This document shows, piece after piece, positions 38,301 through 51,900 of a DNA stretch of 64,000 nucleotides (position 1 is its first letter; the number at the start of each line of letters is the position of its first letter). The translations under genes and the position numbers were made by a program. The stretch covers positions 20,993,101-21,057,100 of the forward strand of contig NC_134025.1 of NCBI RefSeq assembly GCF_964204645.1. Reading direction: 5' to 3'. The notes under the pieces are model-generated. The model made no database searches. It was not told where the DNA came from and saw only the letters and a list, made by a program, of their open reading frames with translations. This stretch comes from Tubulanus polymorphus (lineage: Eukaryota > Animalia > Nemertea).

Positions 38301-39662
38301 TTGGTGACAACAACGAGCCATTTACCATTAATAAGCAAAACAGTTGAATTTCACTTAAACAAGTTAATTATCGGAAATGAAATGGGAAGCTGTCAGTCAT
38401 CAACGCGCTTTGATACAGAATATATATCGTGGGATTTGTATATTTGATTGGAATACACAATCATAATTTGGTTCATAGAACTGCATAGTACTGGAATATT
38501 TAAATTCCACATCTATATTCAACAATTCACAAAATATGCAAAATATTGACACGTAGACATAAATTTATTGGGTTCAAGTGCTGGAATATGAAGTGATGGA
38601 AAAGGGTCGTTTTTTATACTAGTTGTGTGTCGAAATTATTGGGAAAACGTGACATTTCATTGTAAAAGCTACGTGCCCACACGACATACGTTGTGTTGAT
38701 ACAGACGATTCCCACTTTGGATCGTATTTCATATTTTTAAAAGCATAATATTCGCTTGCATTTCCATATTCATAATCAAATAAAACTCAACGGATTCAAC
38801 ATATATACAAGTATATCTGAACTCACGTGCCGAAGTTATTTCTATCAAACCTGAAATGAAAAACGAGATAGAAGTCGAATCATCATTTCAGTTTTGTGTT
38901 TTCTTAGAATGAAAGCGAAATCTTAACGAACATTCGTCAAATGAATAATTCAGATATCATATTTGGTCCGAGTGTATAAATTCCTATGAGAATTATCATA
39001 TATGACTACCCGATAAAATGAGTATTGTCGGATACAAAAACTGGATTTCTCAGATCAGTTTCTTATACAATTCGGGTACTTTAAAGCCAGTCAATTACCC
39101 CATATCTTGAGAGATTCTGGTGACAAGACTTCGACAGAAAATATTATCGGGCATATACATTCAGATCTCTCCATAAAAGTGTCTATCATAGCCAGTGAAT
39201 TATCATTATAATAGTAATTAACCTCACTTGAGGGTACTTCCGTAGTTTAAAACTTTTCCATTAATTATGCCGTTTGAAGTCAATAAGCTTTTTCTGTCGT
39301 AACGGTCTCAATTGCCACATGTAACTTACAACTTACTGTGTAACTAGATTATGAGGTAATTTCGTAAAAAAACTGATCGAAAAGTCTTTCGTTTTATCGT
39401 ATTTATCAAAAATATTTGATGGAGTTGGACAATATCAACTGAATTGCACATTCCATTCAGTATATCGTTAAACGCTTATGAAAAAAATCAAGATATTTAC
39501 GTACGTACCTATGAATACGATTGCTATAAGGCATCCAGCAGTTGTTTGTGTCCAAAATCCTCCTCGATTTAACAAATCGGATCGTCTAGCCGGTGAAAAA
39601 CCACCAACCTTACGATGTTCTTTGGAACAGTCAATATTTGAACAGTTTCTGTCGGCAAGCAT
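32359..39662 (-). CDS. Secreted cysteine-rich prepropeptide A (about 189 aa); exons 39662-39509, 38850-38827, 36022-35954, 33112-32948, 32516-32359
   Basis: Four phase-1 GT-AG introns give ...GGFWTQTTAGCLIAIVFIGLIEITSA|RELPCPLACQYVTDHSSCLCGDLDYPLVPDDGDS...NQIANLVEKR|ARKGHRCPPLCRPTGNGMCVCVMVRKK*. It has a hydrophobic signal ending TSA, two 4-Cys modules and a KR site. The start codon is uncertain. Confidence 0.7.
32657..32826. repeat. Degenerate tandem repeat of about 30 bp with self-complementary units, in the last intron of prepropeptide A
   Basis: GGTTTTAACGTAGCGTTAAAACGAAAAGTT / GGTTTTAACGCAGCGTTAAAACGAAAAACT plus further decayed units. Confidence 0.6.
33156..33597. mobile_element. Harbinger-type MITE with G-rich interior
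   Basis: TAA|CGGGCCGTGC ... GCACGGCCCC|TTA termini. Confidence 0.5.
34582..34820 (+). repeat. Diverged local tandem duplication (two copies)
   Basis: AAGACACACAGAACATGA...AAAAATCTT...CAATGAG..AAGTATTG.GTCTG...AAATAGCTAA...TTTCTAATATTT...TTGACAAG occurs twice. Confidence 0.7.
37796..38076. mobile_element. piggyBac-like non-autonomous element
   Basis: TIR CCCTTTCAGTGCT ... AGCACTGAAAGGG followed by TTAA on the right. The left TTAA is absent. Confidence 0.55.
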
Positions 39663-42600
39663 TTCAGCAATAATTTATTGTAAACTTATATTAGCGTCTG
39701 CTACCGGTGGCGGAAAGTATCGACAGTTATATCCTGACCGCGTATGATGCACCGCACACGCGTCAGCCAAGTTACTTACAACACCGTGGACCGATGACGT
39801 CACGTTATTGTTCTCGACGAGCTTCCGTTGTGTCTGCAGAGTTCCTCAAATCACGAATCGACATATGGCATTCGCGGTCAGATTCTGTCGTAATGAGCGA
39901 CAATCTCAGAAAGTTCTTACACCGCTCAGCGAATACATAATATGTATTGATGATATACTTATGTTTCGTTTCGTAACAATCTAAAAGCAGGTTTTTTGGC
40001 GCCAGGGATAGGATTGTCGAGGAATGAAGTGGAATGAAGATGATCTCAAGAAATGCATACATCTATAAGAAATAGGGCTACAAAAGATACCTCTTTGTTT
40101 CTCCTAGTCGGCTGGTTCATTTTGTAAACTCCAATAAGGTTTTTAAACATTTCATTTCATTATAGCTGCTGGGTCAGTTATGGATAGCTTGATTATGATT
40201 TTTAAAAAGAGTCAGGGTAGATAGGTGGGCAGCCGGGTCAACTTTTTAGCTCAGCAGAATGTAGAAATAAGGTATCATTTTTCTTTAGCCTAATCATATT
40301 TTGTTACCCCATCGAAGATATTCGTAACGGTATTTATATGAATGATTAGTTATATTGATACATTTCTTATACTACGACTAATCGTCAACTCAATAACATT
40401 TCTGGGAATAGCAATAGAATTATCAATTCACGAAGTGTCGCACGCTCGCGCTGATGAGGTTTGTGACAGAAAAAGCTCGTTTGAAATCAGCAGGAGTTTC
40501 CAGTACGCGCAGTTACCGTACACATGCGGAAACTTCCGTTGTCCGTCCAGTGACTTTGGCAATTATCTTGACAAGTTATTTCCGAAGTCGGATTCTGAAG
40601 CTTACGTTCTCAATGGCGATGTACTCTAAATCTGAAACATTTGTACAATGGAAACCACTCAGGCCGAATAGTTATTTAGACGGGATCTAGGCTTTGAATT
40701 TGCGATGGGAAGTTATTTCACAAGCTTTCGATATACGCCATTGAGGGACCAGGAAATATTTCTTAGAAAACTTACGAAAACGATATCGAAATGGATACTA
40801 TAATATATTTTGGGTTTCTCTCTGGGACTTGTTTTTAGAAAACTCTTTTATCACTTGTGTGAGCCTTTGTGGATATATGTCAGACAATTCTTTTCCAAAG
40901 TCCTAATCAAAGCTGCGCGAAATCTCGACAAATGTTTCATCTAATCCGCTGTTTTCCGTTTGCCATTCTCAATCATCATCGTTAATCACGCAGGCAGGTC
41001 GAAGTGTGAAGAATAAAAATCTACCTTTTTGACTAACGATCATTGGACATTTTGGGTCGTTAACGAACAATGGGGCATTTTGGATCGAAAGATGGTCAGT
41101 TTACATCGCAATTCTCCTATTTTGCGCAAAAGGCGTTAGAAGCCCTGATATGTAATGCCTAGTTTTTGAGTAGTCGAGATGTCATCATACTGAACGTAGA
41201 ACAATAGAGATAGAAACCTTTTTTTTTTAAATCAGAATCGCCCAAATTAATTTCAGCAAAGCATTTCTCTTCCGTTCAGGATGTTGACCGATACTTACGA
41301 AAACATATGAGAAAACCTTCTTCAACAGCATCTGTTTCGTCCACCGAAATGTGTTGTTTACGCGCGGTGTTTTTCTTCCAGGAAATCACACCTCCCACCC
41401 ACAACAATTTCCCTCCGATATCGGAAATCGTGATCAGCCATCGCCGTGCATTATATAACGTAGCTGATCGGCTAAGTAAGCATAAAATAGATTAACCGGT
41501 CAGTATAATAGTTATCATTTATTGCCCAGTATAATATAGTCAAGGCAAGAATGATGTATGGTATAAGGTGATGTAACTCGAAAAACGAAAAAAAAAACCC
41601 AAAATATTCCTGAAGATGACTTAGGATATAGACGAAACGTTGAATAAACTACTTGCTTAAAGAAACATTCTCGGACCTTATTTTTTCTCGTAATTATTGT
41701 GGGAATCGCTTTATGTAAACTGTAGCGAGGCTTCCGATTATGACCGTTCTGACCGACTGGCGCCGGGTGGTATCTCGTGAGACGTTCGGGGCCACTATAA
41801 TTTGATCAGTCCAAAATTGGTCGGGAAATGAACGAGAATTGACGGCAAATGAATGACGCCGTTATATAGGCGCATGAGCTAATGCCGGCCAGTCGATTAA
41901 TCAGCGATAAATAAAGATATTGCGTGGTGATAAAGCGATACGGTAACACGGCGTATAAACACTAACCGGCGTTTATGAAGTCGACAACTGACACCGCGGC
42001 CATCTTTATTTGACGGGTAACGCGTGACACATAGAAATCACGCAATTCACCCCTCGGATCGAGGATCATAATTAATCGGCCAGACTGGACACCCGTTTGC
42101 TGGCCGTCACATCGACGCGACAAAATTTGTCGTTTTTCATAGGAAAAACTCGAACCTTTCCAATCCGGGGTGGCCACTTTTCTTTTGACTGGCTTTTCCC
42201 TGACTATTCCCTGACAGGCACGTTGTTTTCCCTGATTTTATCTGCTAAAATTACCAATTAACACAGTCAAATACGTAAGATATAGACGGACACTGTTTGA
42301 TTTTAGAAAAGATTCCCTGACTATTCCCTGACTTTTTTGAGAAAATTCCCTGCGTTTTCCCTGAATACCCAGATTTCCATGTAAGTGGCCACCCTGCAGC
42401 CTAATGCCGTTGTATTCGTTTTCCCACCTGGTGACTATTTAATAGGCTAAATGGGCAATGTTTTTACATTCTGGATCATACCCAAAATTCTCATTAATCC
42501 GTGATATGGTCACCGCAATATATACGTATTACGTGTTTTCAGCCGTAAGTCTACTCAAAGATAACGACCTAGGAAAAATCTGTGAGTGACTATATTTGTT

Positions 42601-43706
42601 TGACGGAAATGACGACCGATGCATGAATAAAAGATGACTTTCTATCGTATAATCTGTTCCCCTTTTACTCACTCTTGTCAGGCGATATCAATAACAGACG
42701 ACGCATCTATCCTAAATTCAAGCAACTTCAGCATCATTTCCTCTACTGCAATAACATTTGCCTCAATTAAGTCAGAACTGTTAAGCTGGGTCCACACTGC
42801 ACACCGCACTAGCGAGTTTCTTATCAATGGTTTTTATGGTTATTATCAAATCGAAAGTAAGTGTAGCTTGTTCAGTCACAAGATATTCGTAAAAATTAGA
42901 TAAGTGTTTGAAGTGTTGAAGAGGACCTGCCTCTAGTGGAAAACTGAAACAATATCTAATTTTAGTTGCCGTATTCTTTTTAATATGTTAGTCTTAAGTG
43001 CTTTTTGATGCCGTAAAAACCTTTGAAATAATTTGTTGATACATTTATAACTACTATGCGTTATTCAAGAGTTTCTATCTGAGTCAATGTGCACTACGTC
43101 ATCAGTCTTGGCGTACAAAATAAAGAAAGAATACAAATGTGATTAATGGCGTTCATTTTGCAATTAAATACATATGTTTCATGACTTGTATATTATATTG
43201 AATGAATTTGTATGCCTTTTTTATAATCGATTTTAATGATTTTCATGCGCCATCGATATTGGGGATGGCCTGGTTAGACTGGTTACCGGTCAATTGAATT
43301 CAATTGTCGATATGTTTAAATTCAAAATAGCTTTATTGATCCTTAATTTTATATCATGTTCATTCATTGTCAATTATATTAAGCAATATATCTATATACG
43401 TCCTATCTTCAAGACGTCAATTAACTTTCAAGTTAGTTTTCTTGTCTATGTATAGTAACCCACAGTTTAGTTTTCTAGTTTAAATCAGAGGCGTGACAAA
43501 ATACGCCAACAACGACCGATATTAATCAATATTGCAGACGTGTTGACGATCCATTAATAAGATACAATTTAGTAGGAACTCCCTGTCCACAGAGAATGCT
43601 ATGACAACAGTTTTCTTTTGTGATTTAAATATCATATAAACGTCCAAACTGTATTAAAAAAAACTGTCTCGAAAATTAATCGATAATGATGACAGTTAAC
43701 TACATA

Positions 43707-43845
43707 CAGTAGACTCCGCCCAAGTCGGAACCGATCAACTCGGATAATTTTTGAAATATTTCTTGTGACAATGAAATGTTTACGTAACGTCCAACTCGGG
43801 AACATTTTTACGGTCCCAAAAGTTTTGACTGAGCGAAGTCTACTG
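43707..43845. mobile_element. pogo-type MITE (TA TSD)
   Basis: TA|CAGTAGACTCCGCCCAAGTC ... GACTGAGCGAAGTCTACTG|TA. Confidence 0.65.
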
Positions 43846-45405
43846 TATTTCTTTTAATATGACTTTTTAATAGTCTTATTTTTTGCTTTATTTTCTATTT
43901 CATTTCTATGTTTGGTTCTTTCGCATCGACAGTCGTAAATATCAATGAATACGATATGTCTCAATGACCGCAAAATTTGAAAACAGTCTACGAGGCGATG
44001 AATATTTGATTCTGTATTTTTCTGCAAGATGATATTTCATCGAGAAATCGAAAAGAAAAGATATTCAAAAAATGCCTACAATAAGCTTCCGTACGTATTG
44101 GACAAAGGCTTGTAACGAAGATGAATATCGCCGCCATTAGACCATCACTAGACTCTATAAATCGATATTCTCGGAAACTGAGTGAAACAACAATCATTCT
44201 TCCAAAACAGACATAAGTACCATATATATTATTGAAAAATCCCAAATCGTGTTAGAGCATGATATGAATATCATAATGAATCTGCTGCGCTGAGAGGGCA
44301 TCGAGAATTTGACATGGATGGAAACGCAGTATACGTATTCGCTTAAATGTGTTTCCTTAAATATCTGTCAATATCATTCACACAGTTAGATATTCAAAAA
44401 GTTCAAAATATATTTCCTTAATTGTTGTGTTAAAGCTGTATATATGTCCACTTCATATTTCTCAAGTTTATTCATACTGTTACAAAAATGCATTTCCCTT
44501 TGTACATTCTAAAATAATATTTGTGTTGTTTTAAAGCTTTATCACTCTGGCAACCAATGAGGAACCGCAATATCTGTCTGTTGATTGTAAATGTTTCATA
44601 TTTTTAAGTCTTCCTCCATGTACCATTGAGCTGGTTGAAATGTTAATAAAATCCTATTCTAATCCTTATGTTGTCACAACTCATTTTCAATTAACTTTGA
44701 TCTGGATTTTTAAGCTCCCGAATCCATATATCATCACAGGACCCACGAAATATACAAAAAATCCATTTTTTCTACTCAGATATTGGTATAGTTTTCATAA
44801 ATAATTGATTCGTATAAGAAAATGTTCATCCAGGCGAAGGCGAAGGCGGAAACTACTACAACGAAACTGGTGGATCCTCGCCTGCCATAGGTGGAATCCT
44901 CGAATGCCACAGGAAGTCGTATGTTCCCCATACTATGCTCTATAAATATTAAGGCGTATTAAACTAATTTCGAATTGAATTTGAATTTTGAGTTATCACC
45001 ATTCAAGACCGTTCAATTCCGTAAATTTAGACCAGTGACTGTACATGCTTTATTCTATGAGCATAATTCAGGTAATTACGTCCTATGTTTGATGAGAAAA
45101 TGAAAGATACAACGAATCGATCGTGTTTTGTCGAATGCAAACGTATGAAGGAAATTATTCGGTAAAACTTCTCTTTTTTTTATTCGTGAGTGGTAGTCTT
45201 CATGACGTACACATCTAAAACATATCTTGCGAAAACGATTGAATTAGATAAAGTGAATACGCTAGGTTGTATTTGTCTCCTCTATATCGGTTAGTAGATT
45301 GTTTGAATTATTTTCTACTGAAAATAGATCGAAAGATCTACATTGACACGTTGATAGAATTGATGCAAGCGGAGAAATGTATGTTCGTATTTTTAATTCG
45401 TATTG

Positions 45406-45735
45406 AATGGGGTACCGGCACCGCTACTGTGGCAATCGAGGATTCCACTCATGGCAGGCGAGGAGCCGCCAGGTTCGCTAGTGGTTACTCAGTTACCGCG
45501 CTTCAATTTCTTCTACATTTTAATCAAATTCGAATCAACTTTTCTCATCCGCAGATCTTTTTTCATTAAAACTATACCATACACTCATTGGGGACGCCAA
45601 TCCTATATACATACTTGATGACTTGTTTGACAAAATTTCCATTTAGGAGCTAAAAATCCAGTGAAAAAGAACTAATTTTCACTATCTACAACCGAGTACA
45701 TTGTTGCACCATCTGGTGTGTGCCGGTACCCCATT
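45406..45735. mobile_element. Non-autonomous TIR element (family R6); related copies at about 30726-30955, about 44690-44925 (-) and about 60938-61262 (-)
   Basis: 15-bp TIR AATGGGGTACCGGCA ... TGCCGGTACCCCATT. Shared interior GCAATCGAGGATTCC.CT.ATGGCAGGCGAGGA.CC.CCAGGTTCGCTAGT. Confidence 0.7.
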
Positions 45736-45919
45736 ACTGAGTTACTGGAAAATCGTATATTTAATACGTGTAGACCCATTGCCTCTAGTCCACGGTAGAC
45801 TTTATGACGGGGGCACTATACAAACACAAATTATCTAGTTACATTTGTTCAAGTTTTTATCTTCTTTGCTGATTACGGTGTTCAAGTAACTCGTGAACGC
45901 TCAATCAGATACCTTTTTG

Positions 45920-48900
45920 TTATTCTCTTTCATAGCAGATGCACTCCTTGTCGCTGATAGGAACACACAAATATTTCGACGGATCGCCAGAAACGATGCA
46001 TTCTCGATAAGAAGGCTTCGCGTTTTTGCCTATGCCTTTCGAACCTGCTCCAAATATCGCCAATCGTCGGCCCGATTTGCATTCGCAAACTGTACGGCCA
46101 TTTTCAGTTTTTACTCCAGTACAGTAGTTGGGGCATTCTGTGCGCGCTTCACGAAACCGGCGAAGTTTTCTCGGTCGTTCTATTGAAATAGAAAATGACA
46201 GATGACTAAGTATAATATAGAAATAAACCAGGTCGAAATACAGGTCTCAAATTATTCATCTTTCGAAGCACGTAAAAATCACCCTCCCTCGGTGGTGATT
46301 CGATCCTGATGGCATCGAGAGACTACGGCTGAGTCTCGCGATGTAGCATCAGGGTCAAAGCCCTGCCGAGCAAGGATGATAAAAACAAATGATTCTTAAT
46401 AATGCTGCTAACTTAGTCAGGCTGTGAGTCATAACAACCAATAAAAAGACCCTGACATTCTCTTAAGAACCAATAGGGTTACACTGTTACTTGCAGTTGG
46501 GACGTAAAACTTTAAACTAAGCTGAACTGTGAATTAAACGTCATGAATACGGCTACATGTGTTACCGGCTAAGGTAAAATCTAGCAAGGAATTTACTTTA
46601 ACCGATAGCTAAAAATGCGCAGCCGGCCTTACATCATAACTTCGGCACAATTTCAAATAGATAAAAACATATTGAGTAAAATTCCACAATATACAATCAA
46701 AAACAACAGCTATTGTTATATTCCTGACGTTTCTCTGACAAATACTTTTTTCAGATCTTTCAAAAGCCTTTTATTCACTTAATATAACTAAACTCTTAAA
46801 AATTTGCATTGTTATGGTATTAGAAGGATTTCACTCACGTGGTTTCGTAGTTACTTAGATAAAAGAAAGATGTACGTTAAACAGAATGGTGCGAAATCAA
46901 ATATTTATTATATTGAGTATTGAATCCCGCAAGGTTCGGTCTTTGGACCACTTCTCTTTCTTTTATATACAAATGATCTTTGGAAATCACTTCTCTTAGA
47001 TTTCTTTAATGTATTCTATTCGCTGATGAAATATACTACCATTAGTATTACTGGTAGAAATATGTGTACAATTCCCAAAGATGTAAATACTTATCTCAAA
47101 ATACTCATTGGTTCTCCGGAAACTCACTCTAAATCTAATCATTAAACCTTTTCAATTCGATCTTACTGAAGCACAGCCTTCATACTTGTACTGTGTCCTT
47201 CATTATACTGCCTGTTACGTCATCACATCCGATTGTTTGGTTTATAAATTGTGTAATATTGTACCGATAAGTACGCCAGTAGTTTTATTTGTAAATTACC
47301 TCTGAAGTATAATGTAAACAAATTCACATTCAAATTCAACTCTGAAGATGGGTGGAAGTTAGTCGTCGAATAAACACTATAATCCGTGTACACTGTAGAA
47401 AAATGAAGAAATCCCACACTTCGAATTAAATTATACGATAGAATTTATCATTTTGAAACCGCAACGTTTCGGCTGTTGACTAACAGCCATCATCATTTGT
47501 AGCTGCAGCTGATTCGGGCCATAATAGAAAAGAATATGTGATTCATTCTCCACCACCAATTATGTTTGTTATTTTACACCAGACGAAAATCCGTCTTAAA
47601 GTCGTTTAGATAAAGTTTCTTTTAACGTATTTTTCGTGTCGTCTAACAATTATTGGATATTGAGGACTCGTATTTTCATAACAGGACCCCAATCAGCCAC
47701 TCTGTAAAACTATGGATTCAGCAATAAACTACGTCATTGAAATTGCGAATCCTACGACATAGGTTTTCGCGTATTTCGAAAAATCATAACTTAAACGAAA
47801 CACAAGTGTGTAAGTATTTGTGTAATAACGGAACGTTAGGTCAACATATTCTCCACGTTTCGTATGGTCGGTGAGAGGATTTTTACATACACCAATCTTG
47901 AAATCCAAGTCCTTAAAATTGCATACGTAGGTAATGGTAATAGTTACGCAGATTAGTGGGTATCGACGGTATCCAATGACTCGCATCCAGTTCGTGTGCC
48001 CCGAAGGGAATATCTAAATTTGAATGTTGAATGTGAATAATATTTATCCATTCGTATATGTATCGTATGACTTATGTTTTATACCAATGAAAATCAGGTT
48101 TAAGGTATTTATGTCGTTCTACAATCTCTGTTATCTAATCCAATAAATGAGGTTTTTTAAAGTCTGGTTCTTTTTATCTTTTCGGAGCCATTTTTCCACC
48201 CTCCTCGGGAATACCGGTAATCGTTTTAAAACCACTAACTGAGGAACCTTTTTATTAGAAACGATCCTCGCAAAAATCTCCTGACTATGTTTTAATTGCG
48301 AAATACGTCTAGCCGGCCGTCATATCTTAAAGGCTTGTGAAAGGCTGAAAAAATTGATACCTCGTTCCTCCTTTCTGCTGAGCTTAAAAGTTGACCCGGC
48401 CGGCCGCCTATCAACCCTGTACATAACCTTTTTTAATCATGATCAAGCTAACCATAACAGACCCGACAGTGATAGAAATGAACTGATTTCATTGATTTTC
48501 AAAATGACACGGCCGATTAGGAGAAACAAGGTATCCTTTCTGTTTAGCCTAAAGAGAATGTTAAAAAAGAAAGTATATTTTGTCAACGGTACACCAGACA
48601 CTCGCATTATGATATCATATGATATGATATGTGTCACGCACCCTGCATTTTTCTCGTATGTGCTTAACAACCTGCGACCGCTTGCAACGCGATGCGATCG
48701 ATTGCAAGGGTCGCAAATAGGAATCAGGGCGCTCTACAACTGGCAACTATCTAGAAGCGACGAATTCGATCAACTAGCAGCGATCGTCCGACAGATTTTT
48801 TCCAGTTGCGGTGACCTGAACACGTATTTACGACACGTTTGTAAGCGACAGCGACGGAAAAACCATCCGTCGCTCTTTAGCTGCTAACTTTTTCAGTAAA

Positions 48901-51900
48901 GCGTCATAGCGACCCTCCACTATAGCGCCGCGTTTTTGTCGACCTGAGCGCTGCAACCGATCGCAGCCGGATCGCGGCTAATCTACGATCACGTGATTGT
49001 TCAAAAAGGTAGTATCAGTTCGTATACCATACACCCTGGTTTAAATATAGTCATTTTCTATACGTCTCCAAGACAGATTTGAAAAATGACTATTTTTCCT
49101 TGTATTTAAAGGCAATCTGGACCTCTTACGTAGATTAGATACTTCTAGGAAATATGTTATTCACATTTTTCTGACTATATTCTGGAATACAGTGGAATAT
49201 AGCTTGGATCCGCCCCTGAGTTTTTTTTGCGATATATGGTATAAACATAAATGAACTTGAATATATACTTCCCTTCAAGGGAAGTTGAAATAAAGATCTG
49301 TTTCGTAGACGAATCATTTTCTGGGTAGGACACTAAGCACAATGATTTGAAGTCGCTGTACGGTTTTTATTTATTTTTCTAATCATTTATCGAGATTGTT
49401 GGTATATCGTAACCGTTAATCGGTCAAATGATCAACGACTGTAGTTAGTGATAATGACGGTGACCTGCAACCGATCGCAACCAGTCACTGGCAGTCGCAA
49501 AGCTGACCTACACCAGCCTTGTTTCAGGAGTATATATGTCAAATAAAGAAACTATAACTTTTTTGATGAAATTCTATAGTATAAGTTCGAATACACATCT
49601 GAATTGATGACTCTTAGTCTATTCGTTTTCTTCGAACCAAATTCTGTACATTCTGAAATCAATAACTCTAAAGAAACGAACGCGTTTTGCAATGTCGTCT
49701 TGTACCGTCCAGAAATCTGTGCATGCCCGTGTCGCTGATTTTACATTGACGCCCATACTGTATTTCATCTGAACCTAAATCATCCTTTCAAAACGATTAA
49801 ATAATTGAAATGAAAATTGACTCCTTCCTATAAGCTTTGAAAGATAAGCGCAAACTATGTGGTGGTACTTGTCATACAGTCGTTGCAGACCTCGCGTTAC
49901 GATCGAAGGGAAGGTGGTTTGTGCGCGCGTGTAGATTTCATCTTCGAATATCTGGCGAAATCAACATACTTACTTTTCAATAGATACCCCGTACTTCTAC
50001 GGGGGGTTATCAAGTCTTCGGAATCCACGTCTTCGTCGAGAAAACCGTTTATACGTTTGTCCATACCATCCGGATACTGCCGCCTCTCCACGTTTATATG
50101 TCGGCTAGCCTCGACCGGTTCCAAATCTAAAATTAGTTTTACATTAGAAATAAGGATTGCTGTCACTTCTAGATTTTGCTCCTTTTTTGTATAGACTTAA
50201 TTATCAATACTATTTTAACCAAAAAAATTGTTTCATCTTTTATTTTACTTTACTTTATTTGACAAACTCTTGGTCTTAATATGAGTGATATATACAGTAC
50301 ATAAAAAAGATACATTATATGCGACGTACAGTAGGTGAAACCTTATCAGATATTGGTTTACATGCGAGTTATTTTTAAGGAAAAGTGAAAAATCTCATAA
50401 TGTTACCAATAAAAATACACAATTTACGAAGTTCGGCTGTCTCTGGTTTGCATTAATAACTTATGTTTGAAAAAGGTTGGGGTTCGTATAAGATTTGCTG
50501 TCTAGATATAATTCCCTGCTATCATTTAAATATGTACAGTTAAAAAGGTAGTGAAATTCGTTGGGCGCTTATTTTTTAGCAGTTCGAAAACTTAATTATG
50601 AGGTTATTTGGAAGATCAGGGACTAGATTGTTTTCCAGGAGTAAATCAGTTTTGAAACTAGCAAGATATCAATGAAAATATATCTATCAATAATTCAATC
50701 CATCCAATTCTGAAACTATCACAATTCACTAGTTCGGTGAAGCTGATTGACCACATTTCAGTGTAACTAAACTCGGCTATATATTTGATCTCATTGGGTA
50801 TATATGTATATTGGCTCGTTGATGACGAAGATGGATAGTTAAATCTATTTCAGCGCGTATTATATTTCATTACGGCGAAATGACAAAATTCAGTTTTCAG
50901 AGACAAGCAATAAATCCTATTCACATGCACAATGATGAACTGAAGTATGAATTTCGCCAAACAATAAATGCGTACATACACATACATACATACCTCTGGA
51001 ACATTCACAAGAATCGCCATTTATCTTTTCAAAACAACCTAATGGACACAAACCTAGAAAAGGTATCGACATGCGATGTTGAAAAATGTTGTTTGAATAT
51101 TCATACGTTAACCATGATCCACAGCGTTTCCACGATATACACCGAGTACAGTACATATGGGAACGCGGTCGGATTGTCAGTCGCCACGAATGTTGTGAAG
51201 ATGATTTCGAAAGATAATAAAACCGTGCTTCGTCTTCATAACGCATGATTCCGGGCACAAGTTTTAAAGAATATTCATATTAAAAAAGAAAAAACATGCT
51301 CGAGTGCCAGAATGATCATCAACCCTGGCACTTCTAAAAATGAAACGATCTTCTCAATATTCAAATATGCATACATATCGGGCATGACACATTCTATTCT
51401 CAAAACGAAAACGCAGAAAAAAATGTCAACATGCTTGAACACTATACGGTACACGCGGAAAAAGTGATAAATCATGCTGGTGTCAATGATTCATTTTACG
51501 AAGGATTTTTCATTTTCACGCTCGCAGTGAGGATCATGCAAAATTTCAAAAATGTTTCAATATATTAAATGACCTATCCATTACAGTATTTTACCACCGA
51601 GTCACGAACACACACAAAAATAAGAAATTTGCACTTCCATTTGGTATGATCGGCATGGGATCGATATGACCAAAATGGAGTATTAGTACCATGGGAACGA
51701 TGTTTCGTGCGTTATTGTTATTCATTTATTTATTTTATAGTGGCATGTTCATTACATATGAATATAATTAGAAAGTAGACATAGAAATAGTAGCCAGCCC
51801 TAATTCAGACTGATAAGTTACTTCATACGAAATGATTAAACAGAGTATGTACATTCAAAAAGAGTTTACCTACAGAATTAATGGCAGTTACACTATAGGA

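Noticed and set aside
43988-44245. Signal-peptide-like MAAIFIFVTSLCP as a third prepropeptide paralog
   Set aside because: I found no downstream 4-Cys exon or consistent splice chain.
48354-48887. 177-aa ORF
   Set aside because: It is composed of an R3 MITE plus another repeat fragment, with no protein-like features.
49664-49790. Possible alternative terminal exon of precursor B (SDEIQYGRQCKISDTG...HCKTRSFL*)
   Set aside because: It has only two cysteines, a weak acceptor context and no similarity to the module.
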